Source of the DNA: Antedon mediterranea
Taxonomy: Eukaryota; Animalia; Echinodermata
Length of the DNA: 64,000 nt
Direction: 5' to 3'
Assembly (NCBI RefSeq): GCF_964355755.1
Contig: NC_092673.1
Span: forward strand, 25,913,648-25,977,647
Below are positions 36,305 to 50,313 of the stretch, one piece after another. The translations under genes and the position numbers were made by a program. Within the stretch, counting starts at the first letter, position 1; each line of letters begins with the position of its first letter. The notes below the pieces were generated by a model. It ran no database searches and was not told where the DNA came from. It saw only the letters and a list, made by a program, of their open reading frames with translations.

Positions 36305-39300
36305 CTATGACATAAAGTAGTTTTAGTTTGCCGCCCTCTTTAGTTAGAAAACTTTTTTTTACACGTTCGTGTTGCTTTCCTGGTCGGTACAGTTAGTAAC
36401 GGTACTGCCCATATGGATGTGCGGTACAGACAGATTGTTAGGTACCTGCACATGTTATACTCAACTAACAAAAGTATAAAATATTTATGATTTAAATTTA
36501 TTTTTGCGTCCAGATAATAAAACATGAAATAATTATGTTGATCCATTTAGCCTAGCATTGATTAAGAAGAATTTGAATTGTGATAGTGTTAAAAAGATCT
36601 TTATAGAAATATACATTTTTTTTATAATTTGGAATTTACAAAGCGATGTACATTAAAACAATTTATGAAAAACGAAAGAAAACTAAGCTTTTGAAAGATC
36701 GTTGTACTTTTTTGTTTGTTTCTTCCAGGAATCTGCCGAAATTTGTATTTCACTTGTCAATATTTGTTTTCTAAATACTTGGCTATTATAACGAAACAAA
36801 ATACTCGCCACGAGCATTGCTATGCGTATTCACTATAATTTCAATTTTCCAGATGAAGGCTAAATCATACATCATAATTTCACTTTAAGTCATTTAAGAC
36901 AACACTAAGTATTCTGCGATTACGGTTACTTCTCTCGAAGGAACAAAACGTCAAAGTTCTTTACAGCAATCTGTCAAGCGTGTTGGAGAAACTAATTCAA
37001 CTACGAATGCTGTATTTTGTAACAGTTTTATAAAGAGGTCATTCAACCATTACATACGTAATGAAGGTAGGCTGTGACAATTAAATTTGGAAACAATTGG
37101 TACCGATAGCAAGACAAATTGTACACTTTTTGGTATCGATTTAAAACAAATCAAGCTGGAACTCGATCCTTCCATCACACTTTGATGATTTATTTAGTTT
37201 AAATCTTAATTTTCACAATCACAAAACTTTAAATTGGAACGACACCTCTTATCCAGTTATGTTTAATTATCCTTTCACTTATTTGTAGTTTTAATATTTA
37301 GCATTTTTCGGTACCCTGAAACTAAAAGTCTTCATTACTGTTTTTGTCCTGTTTCCGGTTCTTGTGTTGTCTGTTTTCTTTTTCAGTTTTTATAGGCTGC
37401 CTCATACAAGCTTCGCTTTTTTGGAATGTTGCCCCTCTTATTTTAATCATATTTACTGTTAATTTTTATTTACTATGAAATTATAAGAGAAATAAATGTT
37501 AATTTGATTGATTGATGCCTAGAAAATGTCAGGCGCTTAGTTCTCACTACGACGTAACGCAAATAAGACGCGATGGATCCATACACGCGCAAACCGACAA
37601 AAAAATAATCGTCCTGAGGGCGAAATTTAAGCTGTACTCTGTACATAATGCAAGTTTAGAAGCAACATGAAACTATTCTACTCTACCTACCGTACATACG
37701 CATTGGCCTAGCTATTTAGGCTACAGTACACACAGAGAATACATTATTGTTCATGCTAAAATAATCGCAGTCAATACTTAACCAGGGGCCTAACTTTTTA
37801 GTAAACAAGGTAAGCTAAGCCACATTTCCGTTTTCTGAGCTAAGCCGGGTTAGGGAGGCAGTTGGACAGAACAAACACCTGTGCTTTCATTTCAACACAT
37901 GGATTCAGTATTGGAATAATGACTGTCAAATTTCGATTGACGTTTGGTTTGGCTCTTTCCTGTAATGTTCTGCGCTTAAAACATTAACTTGAGATCAGTT
38001 CGTAACCCGGATTCTCCCTAGGTAGTGCACGAGTTTGCTATTGTTTCTTTCTTGTCAAAATGATCAGTTCCAAGAATTTTCAATTCCATTTCAAATTATT
38101 TTTTGTTGTTGGTAGAACCTGTACATTGATGTGCGCGCCTGTATCATGCCTGTATCATCCGCAAGTTAAGCTTGCGCAACGCAAATAATTTGGCCAATCA
38201 CGATCGACTCGTATCTTTCCAATTCGCGCTATATAGGTCTATTATGTTATAATATTAACAACATAACGTATAACGGAGGAATGATAAGGTCTGACCTTAC
38301 CTCAATAATTAGGTCACCAATCCAATGGGAGGGAGTCGCATAGTATGGGAAGTTGGCAGATTAAGAAGTGCTAACTGTGAGGCTAGCGATAAGACGCTCG
38401 GCTCTCCCCGGACGTTCTCCCCGGACAGGCATAAGGTGGCCCTATATAATGCAATGTACATACGTTACGTGCATTTCTAAACCAATCAAATTTAGGAATA
38501 TAGGTTTCGGGAACTACTACAAACATGACATAACGCAAATATTCTATGCGTTTACAACAAAAGTTTGTATTAAAATAAAATAGTATACAGCTCAAACCAG
38601 GCTAAATGAATCGGCATTATATAACTATTGATATTTATTATTGTCCGCATTATATATTATATTAAATTACATGCCTAATTCAATACATGCATTTTTCATG
38701 AAGAATAATGCATGTAACTTCAGTAAATATTCAACCCAAATGTGTCTAGGCCTAAAAGGTAAGCTCATGGTGGCATGATGATGACCACAAAGAGTACAGG
38801 CATTTATAAAAAATAACCACGTGTGTGTATTAACGATTATTGTTACCGAAACAAACTACACATTATTCAATAGTTTCACTTCTTTTCGTAGAGCTTTGAA
38901 GAAACGCACTGAAAATAATCATAATTAATCACTTCATTCTACAAGAGGCTAATCTCTCCAAACTGCACAATGATGATTAATTTAGGAACATATCTTTTGT
39001 TTTAGTCCGCCGAGTTTAAAGTGGTTCCGAGTAGATAAATGTTTGTTTTGCTCCAATCAAAATATTAATTGACTATAAATAAATCGATCAATTATCCGTA
39101 TTATCTTTCTAAAAGAAAATTCGTTTCGTTTTATATAATTTTAAAGAATTGTATAATAAACGTATTTTAAAATGTTAAGGCCCTATCATTATACAGTACA
39201 GAGAGTGCAAAGTGATGCAGGGCCGGGGTTATCATTGAATGCGATGATCTGAATTACCTAGGCCTAAAAGTTCAACACATTACAAAATCCGGTGGTACTA

Positions 39301-42300
39301 CCTCCATGGTTATAGCCTATAGCCATCTCTCTCCTGGAACACCCCTGTTAATGCACACCAAGTGAAAAAAGAAGTGGAAATATACTGCGTAATCGTTTTT
39401 CTTTAATTTAACATACAATAATAAATATACAAATTTATATAGCGCACTATATGTTGTAGCCAACTTTCACCATCATCAGTAAAAAAATAATACTTTGACC
39501 TGGAGAACCAGAGTACAAACTTTTCTGAAGATAATCGTTGCAATAAATTTAAAATCTATAATACATTAAACGTTACAAGTTGATGAATGAATACTTTTAA
39601 ATGTAATGCTTTTCTTAGACTTACACTTAGTATACAACATTCATTGAACGCAATAACTTGTCCTGCTGTCGAAATCAAATCGCAAGGCTATTCACCAATG
39701 GCAATATATTCACGACGAATCATCCATAACAGCATTAAATGCATCTGCTCCTGTCTGAAAGCACTTTTGTAAAACTGACCATTTGAATTCTGTCAGTTTT
39801 TGCTATGATCGATTGATGACTTCTATCAAAAACACAAGTTGTTTTTTAAATATTTATTGTAATCCGCAAGTCCGTCTTTTACAGCTTTACATGTGGAAAA
39901 TCATTCTTAGCGTCAGTGCATATATATCAAGTTTAGGTTTGAACGTACATTAAAGTTTTATTTCTGAACAGTTTCAACCATCGACATTGTAATAATGATT
40001 TTACATTCAATTTAGTTTGTAAGTGGTGTTGATTGTTTCAGATCATATCCGTGACATTCAAACTTGCACAGTGACATTACACAGGAATGGATGGTTTATT
40101 GGGTGTCCACTGAATAGGGGTGTCCGAAAGGATGGTTCCACTGTATAATGTAATGGATGGTGTCGATTAAATGAAGATTAAACCACCCGCCCCTCTCTAC
40201 TGCTTCTAACTAGGTCTTTTCCAGGCTTTGCATATTAATACTTTAAAATTAATTGGTAACAACTTATCAAGTGTTTTGCATTATGAAATAAACGAATAAA
40301 TGAATGAATGAAACTTGTAAATACAAAACATTATAGCCCCATTTTCACGAAAAGACACCCTCCCTATATACTTATGTAGGCCTATCCAGCGTACGCAGAC
40401 AATAACAATATTGATATTACGACGACTACATTCCTAATAGTTATATTGTTTACAATACAGTGGCTTTCTTTTTCTAAAAGGTGAAACTTTGAAAACATTG
40501 TTTATTATTACCTACCTACATTACAGTGGATGATGATTACTGCGAGTTGAAAAAAACAAGTTCTATTTCTTCTTATGTCATTTATCATTGATATCAATAT
40601 TAATTCGCAGACATACGACGGAGATAACAAGTGATTATGTGCACCCTCCATACAGACAGAAATCCTTAAATTGTTTGCGACTGTATAATCGCACATAAAT
40701 CACAAAATATTTGATGGTAAAACGCACGAGGGACCCCCGAGAAGTATATTATCTCATGTGTGGGTTTTTAATGACGCCAAAACGAGTCACTAAAACATAA
40801 TAAAAAAAGGGCATCGCAACATTGAGTGTCATACCTAATCCTATGATATTAATCCGCAGTAAATAAACAGTGTCAATGTGGGTTTGAATGACACCTATTA
40901 ACAGTCAATCATTGAATGGAATCAAGAGTGCTTCACCATGTGATATCACACCTGCGGTGTATACGACTCAACTACTGTGACCAAAGAGTCAGACTAGGAT
41001 TTATACAAAGAAGCTTTGAGATATCCCTTTCCTTTTTTCGTGAAACGAAGAAGGGCATGAATTTCGGTTTATAACGCGGTCAACCTATTCAGGGGACATC
41101 CATATGAAGGGGACATATTTTATTGAAACAAACAAAGCGCAATCAAGAAAGAGTGAAATTGTAATTTATACAATATAATGTTTAAACATGATTGTAATAC
41201 GGCCAACCTATTAGGTGACATCCAAATTAAGGTGACACTTTGTTGGTTCCACATTGATTAACATTAATTGAATATATACATTATTACAACCCGCATTAAT
41301 GTACCCAACAACGTGTTATCCAGGTGTCTCGACCTTAACAGGGTTTCCCAAAGGAGTGGTTCTAGTACGGTAGTACTGTCAATTCTAGTTGTCAGCTCAT
41401 CTTTAATGGATACGAGTGATCATTCTTTTATTTCTTAATACGAGAGTGGGTAAAAGGTCGATATGTTTTTATCGAGTTCAGATACACCTACACAGAATTC
41501 GATCAAGAGTTTTATTATGTGATTGATGCCAACAATACATTGTTCAGTGAAAGCCTGACTTTTGGATCAATGACATAAATAAGAAGAAAGGTCACTGTCA
41601 AATTTGATAAACAGATATTTTGTTGTCAATTCTTTGAGATAGGAAAATGAATATGTTAAGAAAATGAATTTGTTAAGAAAATGAATGTGTCAAGAAAATG
41701 AATGTGTTAAGAAAGAATATATTACGAATTGAATACGCTAAGATATGAATACGCTAAGATATGAATACGGCCAATGAATATGTTATGTTGAGACAAGTTT
41801 AACTTCTAATTTTGATCCCTAATTGTTGATTATGAAATGTCATTATGAAATGATATATTTTAATAATAAAAGAAAAAAATATATAGGCCTAATAAGATCA
41901 GAAATAAACATGGATAATGGGATACAGAGACAATGTAAACGGTGGCAATCAGACCTACTCATTTGGGACTGTAATATACAGTAGAAGTTGCCCCTTTAAA
42001 ACACCCTTTAAAATCAGCACTGCTGACTCTTATGACAGCCCCTGCATCTAGTATCTGCCTCAGACGTATTGGCTAATGTCTTTCCTCTGGTAAAGGTGGG
42101 CATTGAACGAGAGAAGCCCTTGGTCAATATTTTGACCAGCCAAAAGGTGCTTTAAATAGTCATTCAGATGAATGTAAGACTAATTGACATTGTCGTTTAC
42201 GACAGAAGTCGGCCATAAGAATTCTGGGATTTCAAAGGTGTTTAATTAGGGTTTCACTGGATCTAACATCGCTAAAAGTGATTATTATCCTAAATAAGCT

Positions 42301-42867
42301 CAGTCGAAGTCTGGAATGTTTGGGTCTATCGATATACGACTAATAAAAACATAATTTCACTTCACCCAGCAACAAAACAAATAAATAAATAGCACAGAGT
42401 CATGTTGTTGGAAAGTTGGGTCAGGTCGTTTTAACCATCACCGCCAATGACCTTCCCAATTACCCATTTCAAATCGCATTAATTATGCCTCGGGTAAATT
42501 AATTTTCTTCAAATTAATGCCGTTTGTCAATGTCCTTAAATGAACTCTCAATTTCTTTTTATTTGGTCATCCTATAAGCCCACAGTATAGTTACTTGATT
42601 TCCCTACATGGTCATCATCTCCACATCTAAAGGCATACTGTGAAAGTAGGGCGATATCGGAACCCTTAAAACCCGTTATAATACGGGTTTGGAAATATGC
42701 CGATTGTAGTTTATGAATTCTATGAAAATTGTTACGGTGTCCTAAATAGCATAATATTTTTTTATTTAATAGTTATTGATTGTGTCGATTGCACATCTTA
42801 ATGGTTATATTAACTGTAATGATGCTATAGTGACGTCGGAATAAATTATGTACAGATAATTATGATA

Positions 42868-43698
42868 ACAATTAAATAATGATGAAACAAGCTATAGACA
42901 ACTAGGATGTGATTTTTATCACTGGTGCTGCAATAACAACCTGAAACTAAACATAAAGAAAACAAAAGAAATGCAAATTGATTTTAGGAAAATTAAAGAA
43001 CCCTTAGAACCTCTGATTATAAATGAAAATGAGATTGAAGTAGTAAATGAGTACAAATATCTGGGTTGTATAATTGACAATAAGCTAAATTGGATAAATA
43101 ATGTAAATAAAGCCGCATGCAAAGCCAACCAAAGGATGTTTATTTTAAGAAAAATGAAGTACCTACAAATTGACAAAACTATACTTAAATTGTTTTATAA
43201 CTCTGTAATTCTCAGTGTAATACTTTTTTGTAATGTTTGTTTTTATGGTAATACAATGCAAAAAGATAAAATTAAACTTAATCGAATAGGAAATAGAGCA
43301 ATTAGACTAGTAGGAGAGCACTTACCTGATGTTGAATCCTTGTATAAAGAAAATGTGTTAAAAAAAGTAAAAAGTATCATTGATGATGAAACACATCCTC
43401 TTCACAAACAATTTGCTCTCATGAATTCTGGCATAAGACTACGTGCACTTAATACCAAAACAAAACGGTTTAGGTGCTCGCTTGTACCTAATGCTATACA
43501 CTTATATAACTCCACAGTACAAAGGTAAAATGTAACCGATAATTTTTATCTAATTTTAACAATTTTTAGCCTCTTAACTTTTTGTGTGTGTTTTTGTAAA
43601 TTGTATTTTATATTTTTGTATTTTGCCAGTTTTCAAATCACATTTCTGTTTTTTAAATGGACAATAAAGTATATATGACTATGACTATGACTATGACT
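42868..43698 (+). mobile_element. 5'-truncated LINE (L2/Rex-Babar-like): ORF2 C-terminus plus 3' tail
   Basis: Open frame to 43528 with WCCNNNLKLNIKKTKEMQIDFRK, YKYLGCIIDNKLNW, QRMFILRKM and HPLH motifs typical of the non-LTR RT C-terminus. AATAAA near 43663 and (ATGACT)4 tail at 43675-43698. Confidence 0.9.
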
Positions 43699-44937
43699 AA
43701 TTAATAATATTAGTAACAAATAGCATTCGGAATGGATTAATGTTTTTAAAGTTGATCAAAATTCAATTTATAATATACAGATATTATGATAAGGAAAAAA
43801 CACACGGTTTCGGAGGATTTGCCCTTTGGATCCGCCACTGACACAGTGACAGGCCTCAGAGCTTATGGGGGTCCCTGAGCAGTGCCCAGAGAAAAAAAAG
43901 ACATGGGCTAAAAACGCCCGAGGCCCCCAGCGTTGGAGGGCTAGGCCTACTTTAAGGTTCTTAACTAGTAGACTCAGGCATCTGCGTTCCGCTACTGCAC
44001 TGACGATTCCACACTTGATCGATGGGTCTTGAAAACAAATTTAATTCTTTTAAATTATTGTATTTGGTTTCTATAGTACATGCTGTGTATTTTTAAAATA
44101 CTTCTTTAAAGATAGCAATCTGTGGCACTTGGCCTAATTGATTGGAAATCGTATACAAAGCAAAAACAATCAGATAGCGTGATTAAAAGATTGGTCTACA
44201 ATCAACTGAGAATCTCTAGGATGAATATTGCCCCGTACCCCACGCTTACTATACGGCAGTATAACCACATCATCAAGACGGATGGCCGCCCCCTCATTTT
44301 GTTCACTTACCACAACAAAGACCTTTGCAATTCAAGGTTGGTTTAGGAATAACGTAATAAATGATGTATAGAAACCAATTATTGGCTAAAAATAGTTTTT
44401 TTTATTCGTTGTTTAATGTTTCTACCTTGGCCAAAGGGTCATAAAAAGCATTCATTGTTGAAAATTAACTGTGAGAAAAGTTGATTCAATCCGCTTAAAC
44501 GTGTGTGACCTATAAGGGTGCCCTCGCTATAACCACGTCTGATCATTTAATTTTGGTGGGAGGCAATGAATGGAATACAGATCCAATTGAAGAGTCAACA
44601 ATAAAAAATTTTCAGTTGTTTTTATTACTTGCTCATATAAAAATAACAATTGTACAAATATATACATAAAAAGTCGCAGACTTAAAAAACAACAAATTCA
44701 GAACAGAAAAAAGAAACAAGCAAATTCAGTCCAAAGACAACAACAAAAATGAGTAGGAGCACAGGATAACCCTCTAACCCGGAGGTTTGTATCCTCAGTA
44801 AATAATTAGGCATCAGTTACGAATGAAGATACTTTAAAACTGTACTGTAAAATTGCAGACCGACTAATTAAACTAAATTTGATATAGGCCTACGTATCTG
44901 TGATTGGTAAAAACGTCACTCCTGGTGGGAATTGTAA

Positions 44938-45073
44938 AGCTCTGTCTACACTATCAAACTTTAATATGTGATGTGCCTGTGGATGATGATGTCATATTAC
45001 TACCCTATTTGGGCATATTATTACCATATTTGGGCATATCACACATTATTTCTCAATCTAGTTTGACAGAGCT
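44938..45073. mobile_element. Tourist-like MITE (AGCTCTGTCTACAC family)
   Basis: TSD TAA on both sides; right TIR internally deleted. Confidence 0.8.
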
Positions 45074-45265
45074 TAATAAAATAATGAAAGTAAATATGTT
45101 GACTTAATGAATGTGAATGATACTTTAAAAACATTCTACTGTTGATGCTTATGATGAATTAATGATATACGTGTGATTAAGTTATTGAATTATTAAATTA
45201 TTGAATGTTTGAATTCCATGTGGGGGTGATGGAATTTAGCGTACGTGTAAGTAAAGATCATCTAA

Positions 45266-45417
45266 ATCTCTGTCTACACTATCTAACTTTATGTGAAAAA
45301 TTATGTGCCCATATATGGACATGATGATGTTATATCACTGCTATACTTTGTCATTAATACCATATTTGGGCACATCACGCTTTTTCGTCAAACTGGTTTG
45401 ATAGTGTAGACATAGCT
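45266..45417. mobile_element. Tourist-like MITE (AGCTCTGTCTACAC family); a further truncated copy at about 45519-45630
   Basis: TIRs and TSD TAA. Confidence 0.82.
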
Positions 45418-47216
45418 TAAGTAGAAATTGAGGATGATAAGTAAATGAATATAAATGCATAAGAAACATTTCCAACTTCACATTGTATTAACTATTATAA
45501 ATTGACTAGCTATAATTACGCCCTGTCTACACTATTAAACGTTAAATGTGATGTGCCCATATATGGACAAGATGATGTCATATTACCATATTTAAGAATA
45601 TATACCAAACTGAATTTGGTACCATATTTTAAACATTGGCTTTAAAACAAAGGTGTTTTGAATATAACACAAAACTTTTATAATTAAGTATTGTGCGGTT
45701 TTCTTGCAACTGTATCATTAAAATACTTGGAAGTCAGTTATAATTTCCTTCTTGATATAATCCTATTATGTTGTGTATACATTTACATGAACAAACATGT
45801 TTTGAAATTAAAATCATATTGAATACGTTTTAATGAACACCCACATACAATACAGTTCAATCGAATATTCAGTAAAGAATGCATTAAGATTAAAATCTCC
45901 TAATGAAAAATTAATAATTTTGTCAAACTTATTTAAGCCTACACGTTTTAGTGAGTTTATAAATTAGGCTTCAGACTGAATTAAACAGTACGGTACAACG
46001 GAATTTAAATCATAGGCTTACTACGTTATTTTTTTTTTCAAAGCAACATTTTATTGTAATAAAATTACACCATTGGTATCAATATTCCTACAGTGTGTTA
46101 GATAGTATCCTTAAACCGTTTATTGTTTCTCATTGCGACTTGCGTCCTATTTTTCTTCTTGGTGTTACAGGTCAAACGGTGCTAATGTATTGGGATTGTT
46201 AAGTTACATTTAACTGACTTCTTGAGATTTTTTTGGCCAAAAGTTCCCTAAATGCACTACAATAATGAAAAGTTGAATCAATAATGCTAAACTCAAATCT
46301 TAACCCTGCCATCGGGCCTAACTTGCACCAACGTGATAGTCTAATATTAATAAGAGTAATCTTAGCTCTATATAACTCTTCCCTGCTTTTACTTATTGAT
46401 CATGGATTAGAATCTATATATTATCTTAACTCTCGGCAAGCTTGCGAATTGTTTTCACAAACGCGGACTCTTGTTAAAGTAAGTAAGTACATTTTACGTT
46501 GAAGGTTGTGCAACCTCCATTCCTTCGTGTATTGATGATGAAGATATAATAATTATTCTGCAAAAAAACTAGAACACATGAACAATTATTGACCGCACCT
46601 GACCTTAACGAAGACGAAATAAATAATTTCTGATCTTAGAATTTGTATCCATGTTCTTAGCACCAATTAATTCCATTTTCACCAGATTTATCACATTTTC
46701 AAGTACTTTAGAATGATGAATCATAAGACAAGTTATTATGATGCATTCTAAGAATAGAGAGGCTAAACTTAGCTGCTTTTCATCAGTAATTATTACTGTT
46801 AGCTATTTCGAAGTAACCTGCAATATTCTCACAAACATTACTACGAAAACAATTTCCGTCCTATAAATTTATTCTTTCTTGTTTTTTTTTTTTTTGTGGT
46901 TTAGAAAACTATCTCTACAATTGCTGCTATAAAGGACTTTTGTACTCTTGGTACGTACCTGATAAGTTTGTTTATAATGTTATAAAATTCGAATTAATTA
47001 AATAAAGCATATAGCAAAGTATTTAATATCTATACCTATACTTTTAACCAATCATCTTTATAAAAAAAATATGACGTCATAAACCTTTAATAAACATTTT
47101 ACAATATCATCTTGTTAGCATTAAAATAACAATAAAATATCAAACATCTGAGATGGTACTAAATCCCAATGTTTACAATGTCAAAATAGATCTATATAAA
47201 CTCATGGAAATATTTA

Positions 47217-47967
47217 CCGTAAATTTTCTAATTGTATCCTTAGGTTATTATTCTGTTATTGTTTTTTTTTAGAGTGGGTTACTATTTTAGAAGGAAGGGT
47301 TACTATTATCGTAGTGGGTTACTATTAGGCCTACTAATCTTAAATTAGGCACATGAAAATAGTACGGTAACCCACCTCCAACTGTTCCGGTCAGCAACTC
47401 ATAGCAAAAAGAAAAAAAAACAGTACGAATAAACAAATTTGGTTGAACTCAAAAACACTCAATCCTCCACACTCCCAAAAGTTTTTGTGATTCTAATAGT
47501 AACCCCATGGGTTACTATTTGTGAAAACAATCCCCATGGGTTACTATTAGAGTAGTGGGTTATTATTATACATTGACTTATAAGGTGGGTTACTATTAGA
47601 AGGAGGTTACTATTAGAGTGTGTGTTACTATTAGAAGGAGGTTACTATTAGAGTGTGTGTTACTATTAGAGTAGTGGGTTATTATTATACATTGACTTAT
47701 AAGGTGGGTTACTATTAGAAGGAGGTTACTATTAGAGTGTGTGTTACTATTAGAAGGAGGTTACTATTAGAGTGTGTGTTACTATTAGAGTAGTGGGTTA
47801 TTATTATACATTGACTTATAAGGTGGGTTACTATTAGAAGGAGGTTACTATTAGAGTGTGTGTTACTATTAGAGTAGTGGGTTATTATTATACATTGACT
47901 TATAAGGTGGGTTACTATTAGAAGGAGGTTACTATTAGAGTGTGTGTTACTATTAGAAGATTTACGG
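47217..47967. mobile_element. Tc1/mariner-type element (CCGTA termini) with internal higher-order tandem repeat
   Basis: TA|CCGTAAATTTTCTAATTGTA ... TACTATTAGAAGATTTACGG|TA. GTTACTATTAG units are arranged in 119-bp higher-order repeats at 47553, 47672 and 47791. Confidence 0.75.
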
Positions 47968-49101
47968 TATACTATTTTTTTTTCTTCAGTCTTACAGACC
48001 ATACAATCCGCTTACGTTACATAAAGTTCAAATAATTCAAAGTGTTAACATTTTAATGTCAAACTTCAATATAAACATTTTCAATACAAAACTGAAGTTA
48101 ATTCTCAATCGAGACACAAATTTGGTAAACAATAAGCTAAATTAAAACTTTGAAACCGTTATTGAGAAATGCCATGAAATTGGACGATACATTTACGTTA
48201 GGTTACAGATACGATTGGAAATAAAGAACACAGACTGAAATTATCGACATTTTACGGGCAATATAAGATCCATTAAACGAAAAGTTACGCTAAACAACAT
48301 AGTTTTCATGTTAGAAAGGTTGAATGTTTTTTTAGAACAGGGCCGAAATTAACAAAACCTTTATATAGAAGATAAACGACAAATTACGAGAAACAAAACA
48401 TTTTTAAATAGATGTTTTTGAGGCTGAATTAACCGATGGTTTCTCTTATATGTATTACAAGATACATAGTTAGTTGTTTCCTTTTGACTGTTATCATGTA
48501 TCATCTGTAGTCTTACCTTTCTGTTAATAAAGAGATTTTTGGAAATATAAATTAATACAAATAAATGCTGAACACTATTTGAGTTGCATTAGGCCTAACT
48601 GTATTTTTTTATTTTGTTTTTGTTTTTAATCTTTCGAAAATCAGAAACAAAAAAGTTGAACGGGGCTGTCGAGATAAAGCAAAAGTTAAAAAAAACTGTC
48701 ATCAAAAGATGTGCTGAATCAAACCCACGTCAACAATACATATAAACAAACAGAATTCAATGCAAAACATAAAACAAACAAAAAGTGAAAGTACGACTTG
48801 AAATAATAGTGTATACGTTTAGTACGAGTTGTCTTTTGGCGGTTGTCATACTCTTCTTAATGGTTACTTATCTATATACAGCAGAAGACAGTCACACTTC
48901 AGAAATGTTTGATGTAATATGGTTGAAATTCTACCCCGAATTCTACTGAGTTGGTATTGAACATCCTGAATTTCTGACGGCCAAAACGTTATTTTTTACT
49001 AAGTTTTTTTGGATCAGTGGAAAGACTGATCAAGAAAACATTGTATATAGGCCTACACAAGGCAATACCTAAAATTGCTTTATCACCACTACCGTATATT
49101 A

Positions 49102-49305
49102 AGCCTGTTTTCCTGTCGACGTTATTCGATGCTATCGTTAACAATAATCGGCGATCTTCTACGTAAACATTGAAATGTTAACGATTTACAGGAAAAGGTA
49201 CCCGCTATCATTATTATTTCAACTTGATCGTTTACAAACAATCGTCGTTGAACTGTTAACGACGAACGACGATTGCGTCGAATAACGTCGACAGGAAAAC
49301 AGGCT
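49102..49305. mobile_element. PIF/Harbinger MITE
   Basis: About 37-bp TIR AGCCTGTTTTCCTGTCGACGTTATTCGA... and TSD TTA. Confidence 0.85.
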
Positions 49306-50172
49306 TTAAGTGATCAACAGCGCGTACGTCTAGACGTAATATATTCTGACCAATCAGGATAACTCACAATAAAATATAAGGAATTGTCTATTTAATGACG
49401 TCAGTAAGAAAATACTCATCTATCTATTATCAACTATTTACAATACACAAGGAGACCCGTAACAACTAATATACAGTCATATATAAATAAAAATTACTAT
49501 ATAACTATTTTTACCTTAAAAGGTTCAACCAAACTAGTTTTGCGACCAATGACTAACCAATTTTCATTTCGAATCAACTAAAATTACCAAAAATCTATTT
49601 GCAATATTACTTTTAGTATTGGAGTTATTATTTTTCTATTAATAAACGTTAATTACTTAACAGTACTGAATCAACCCATCAAAAAAAACAACCTATTATC
49701 TAATTTTAGATTTTAAAAAAAACAACTGTTTAATAATAATAATATACATATAGTATTATTATTATTGGTAAGTATGCTATTTTAATTAAGAAAATATTTT
49801 GCTATTCGGCCTTTTGCAGGATTTTTCAATTAAGTAACTGGAAAATTGAAGTAACAAGAAATGAGCGGAAGAAAAATAAGATATAGGCTTTGATAATAAT
49901 AATTGAACAGTGCAATAACATTGTTTAACATTGGTTTATATTAAAAATAATAAATAAATGTTTGTGGACATGTCGTACTGGTATTAACTTCTTGTATTAT
50001 ACATCATGTTTACAGTGTGTTTAATTCCATAAACCATTGTCTGTGTCGACCTCGATTTTTGTAAAAGGTTAATGTTAGGATGAACTACCTAATGTTTTTG
50101 TAGAAAATATACGGTGTATTGTACACTATATATCACGTTTTTTTCGTCAATGAAACTATGAAAAAGAACGAA

Positions 50173-50313
50173 AGCTCTGTCTACACTATCAAACTTTATG
50201 TGACAAAAAAAAATGTGATGTGCCCACATATGGATATGATGATGATATATCACTACCATATTTGGGCACATCACACTTTTTTTTCAAACGATTTTGATAG
50301 TGTAGATAGAGCT
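50173..50313. mobile_element. Tourist-like MITE (AGCTCTGTCTACAC family)
   Basis: Near-perfect TIRs and shared core. Confidence 0.82.

Noticed and set aside
37500-38500. CpG-richer, CCAAT-containing region with donor-like AAG|GTAAGC at about 37810
   Set aside because: Could be a promoter or non-coding exon, but no linked coding exon could be identified.
47715-48002. 95-aa repetitive ORF
   Set aside because: Derived from the GTTACTATTAG higher-order repeat.
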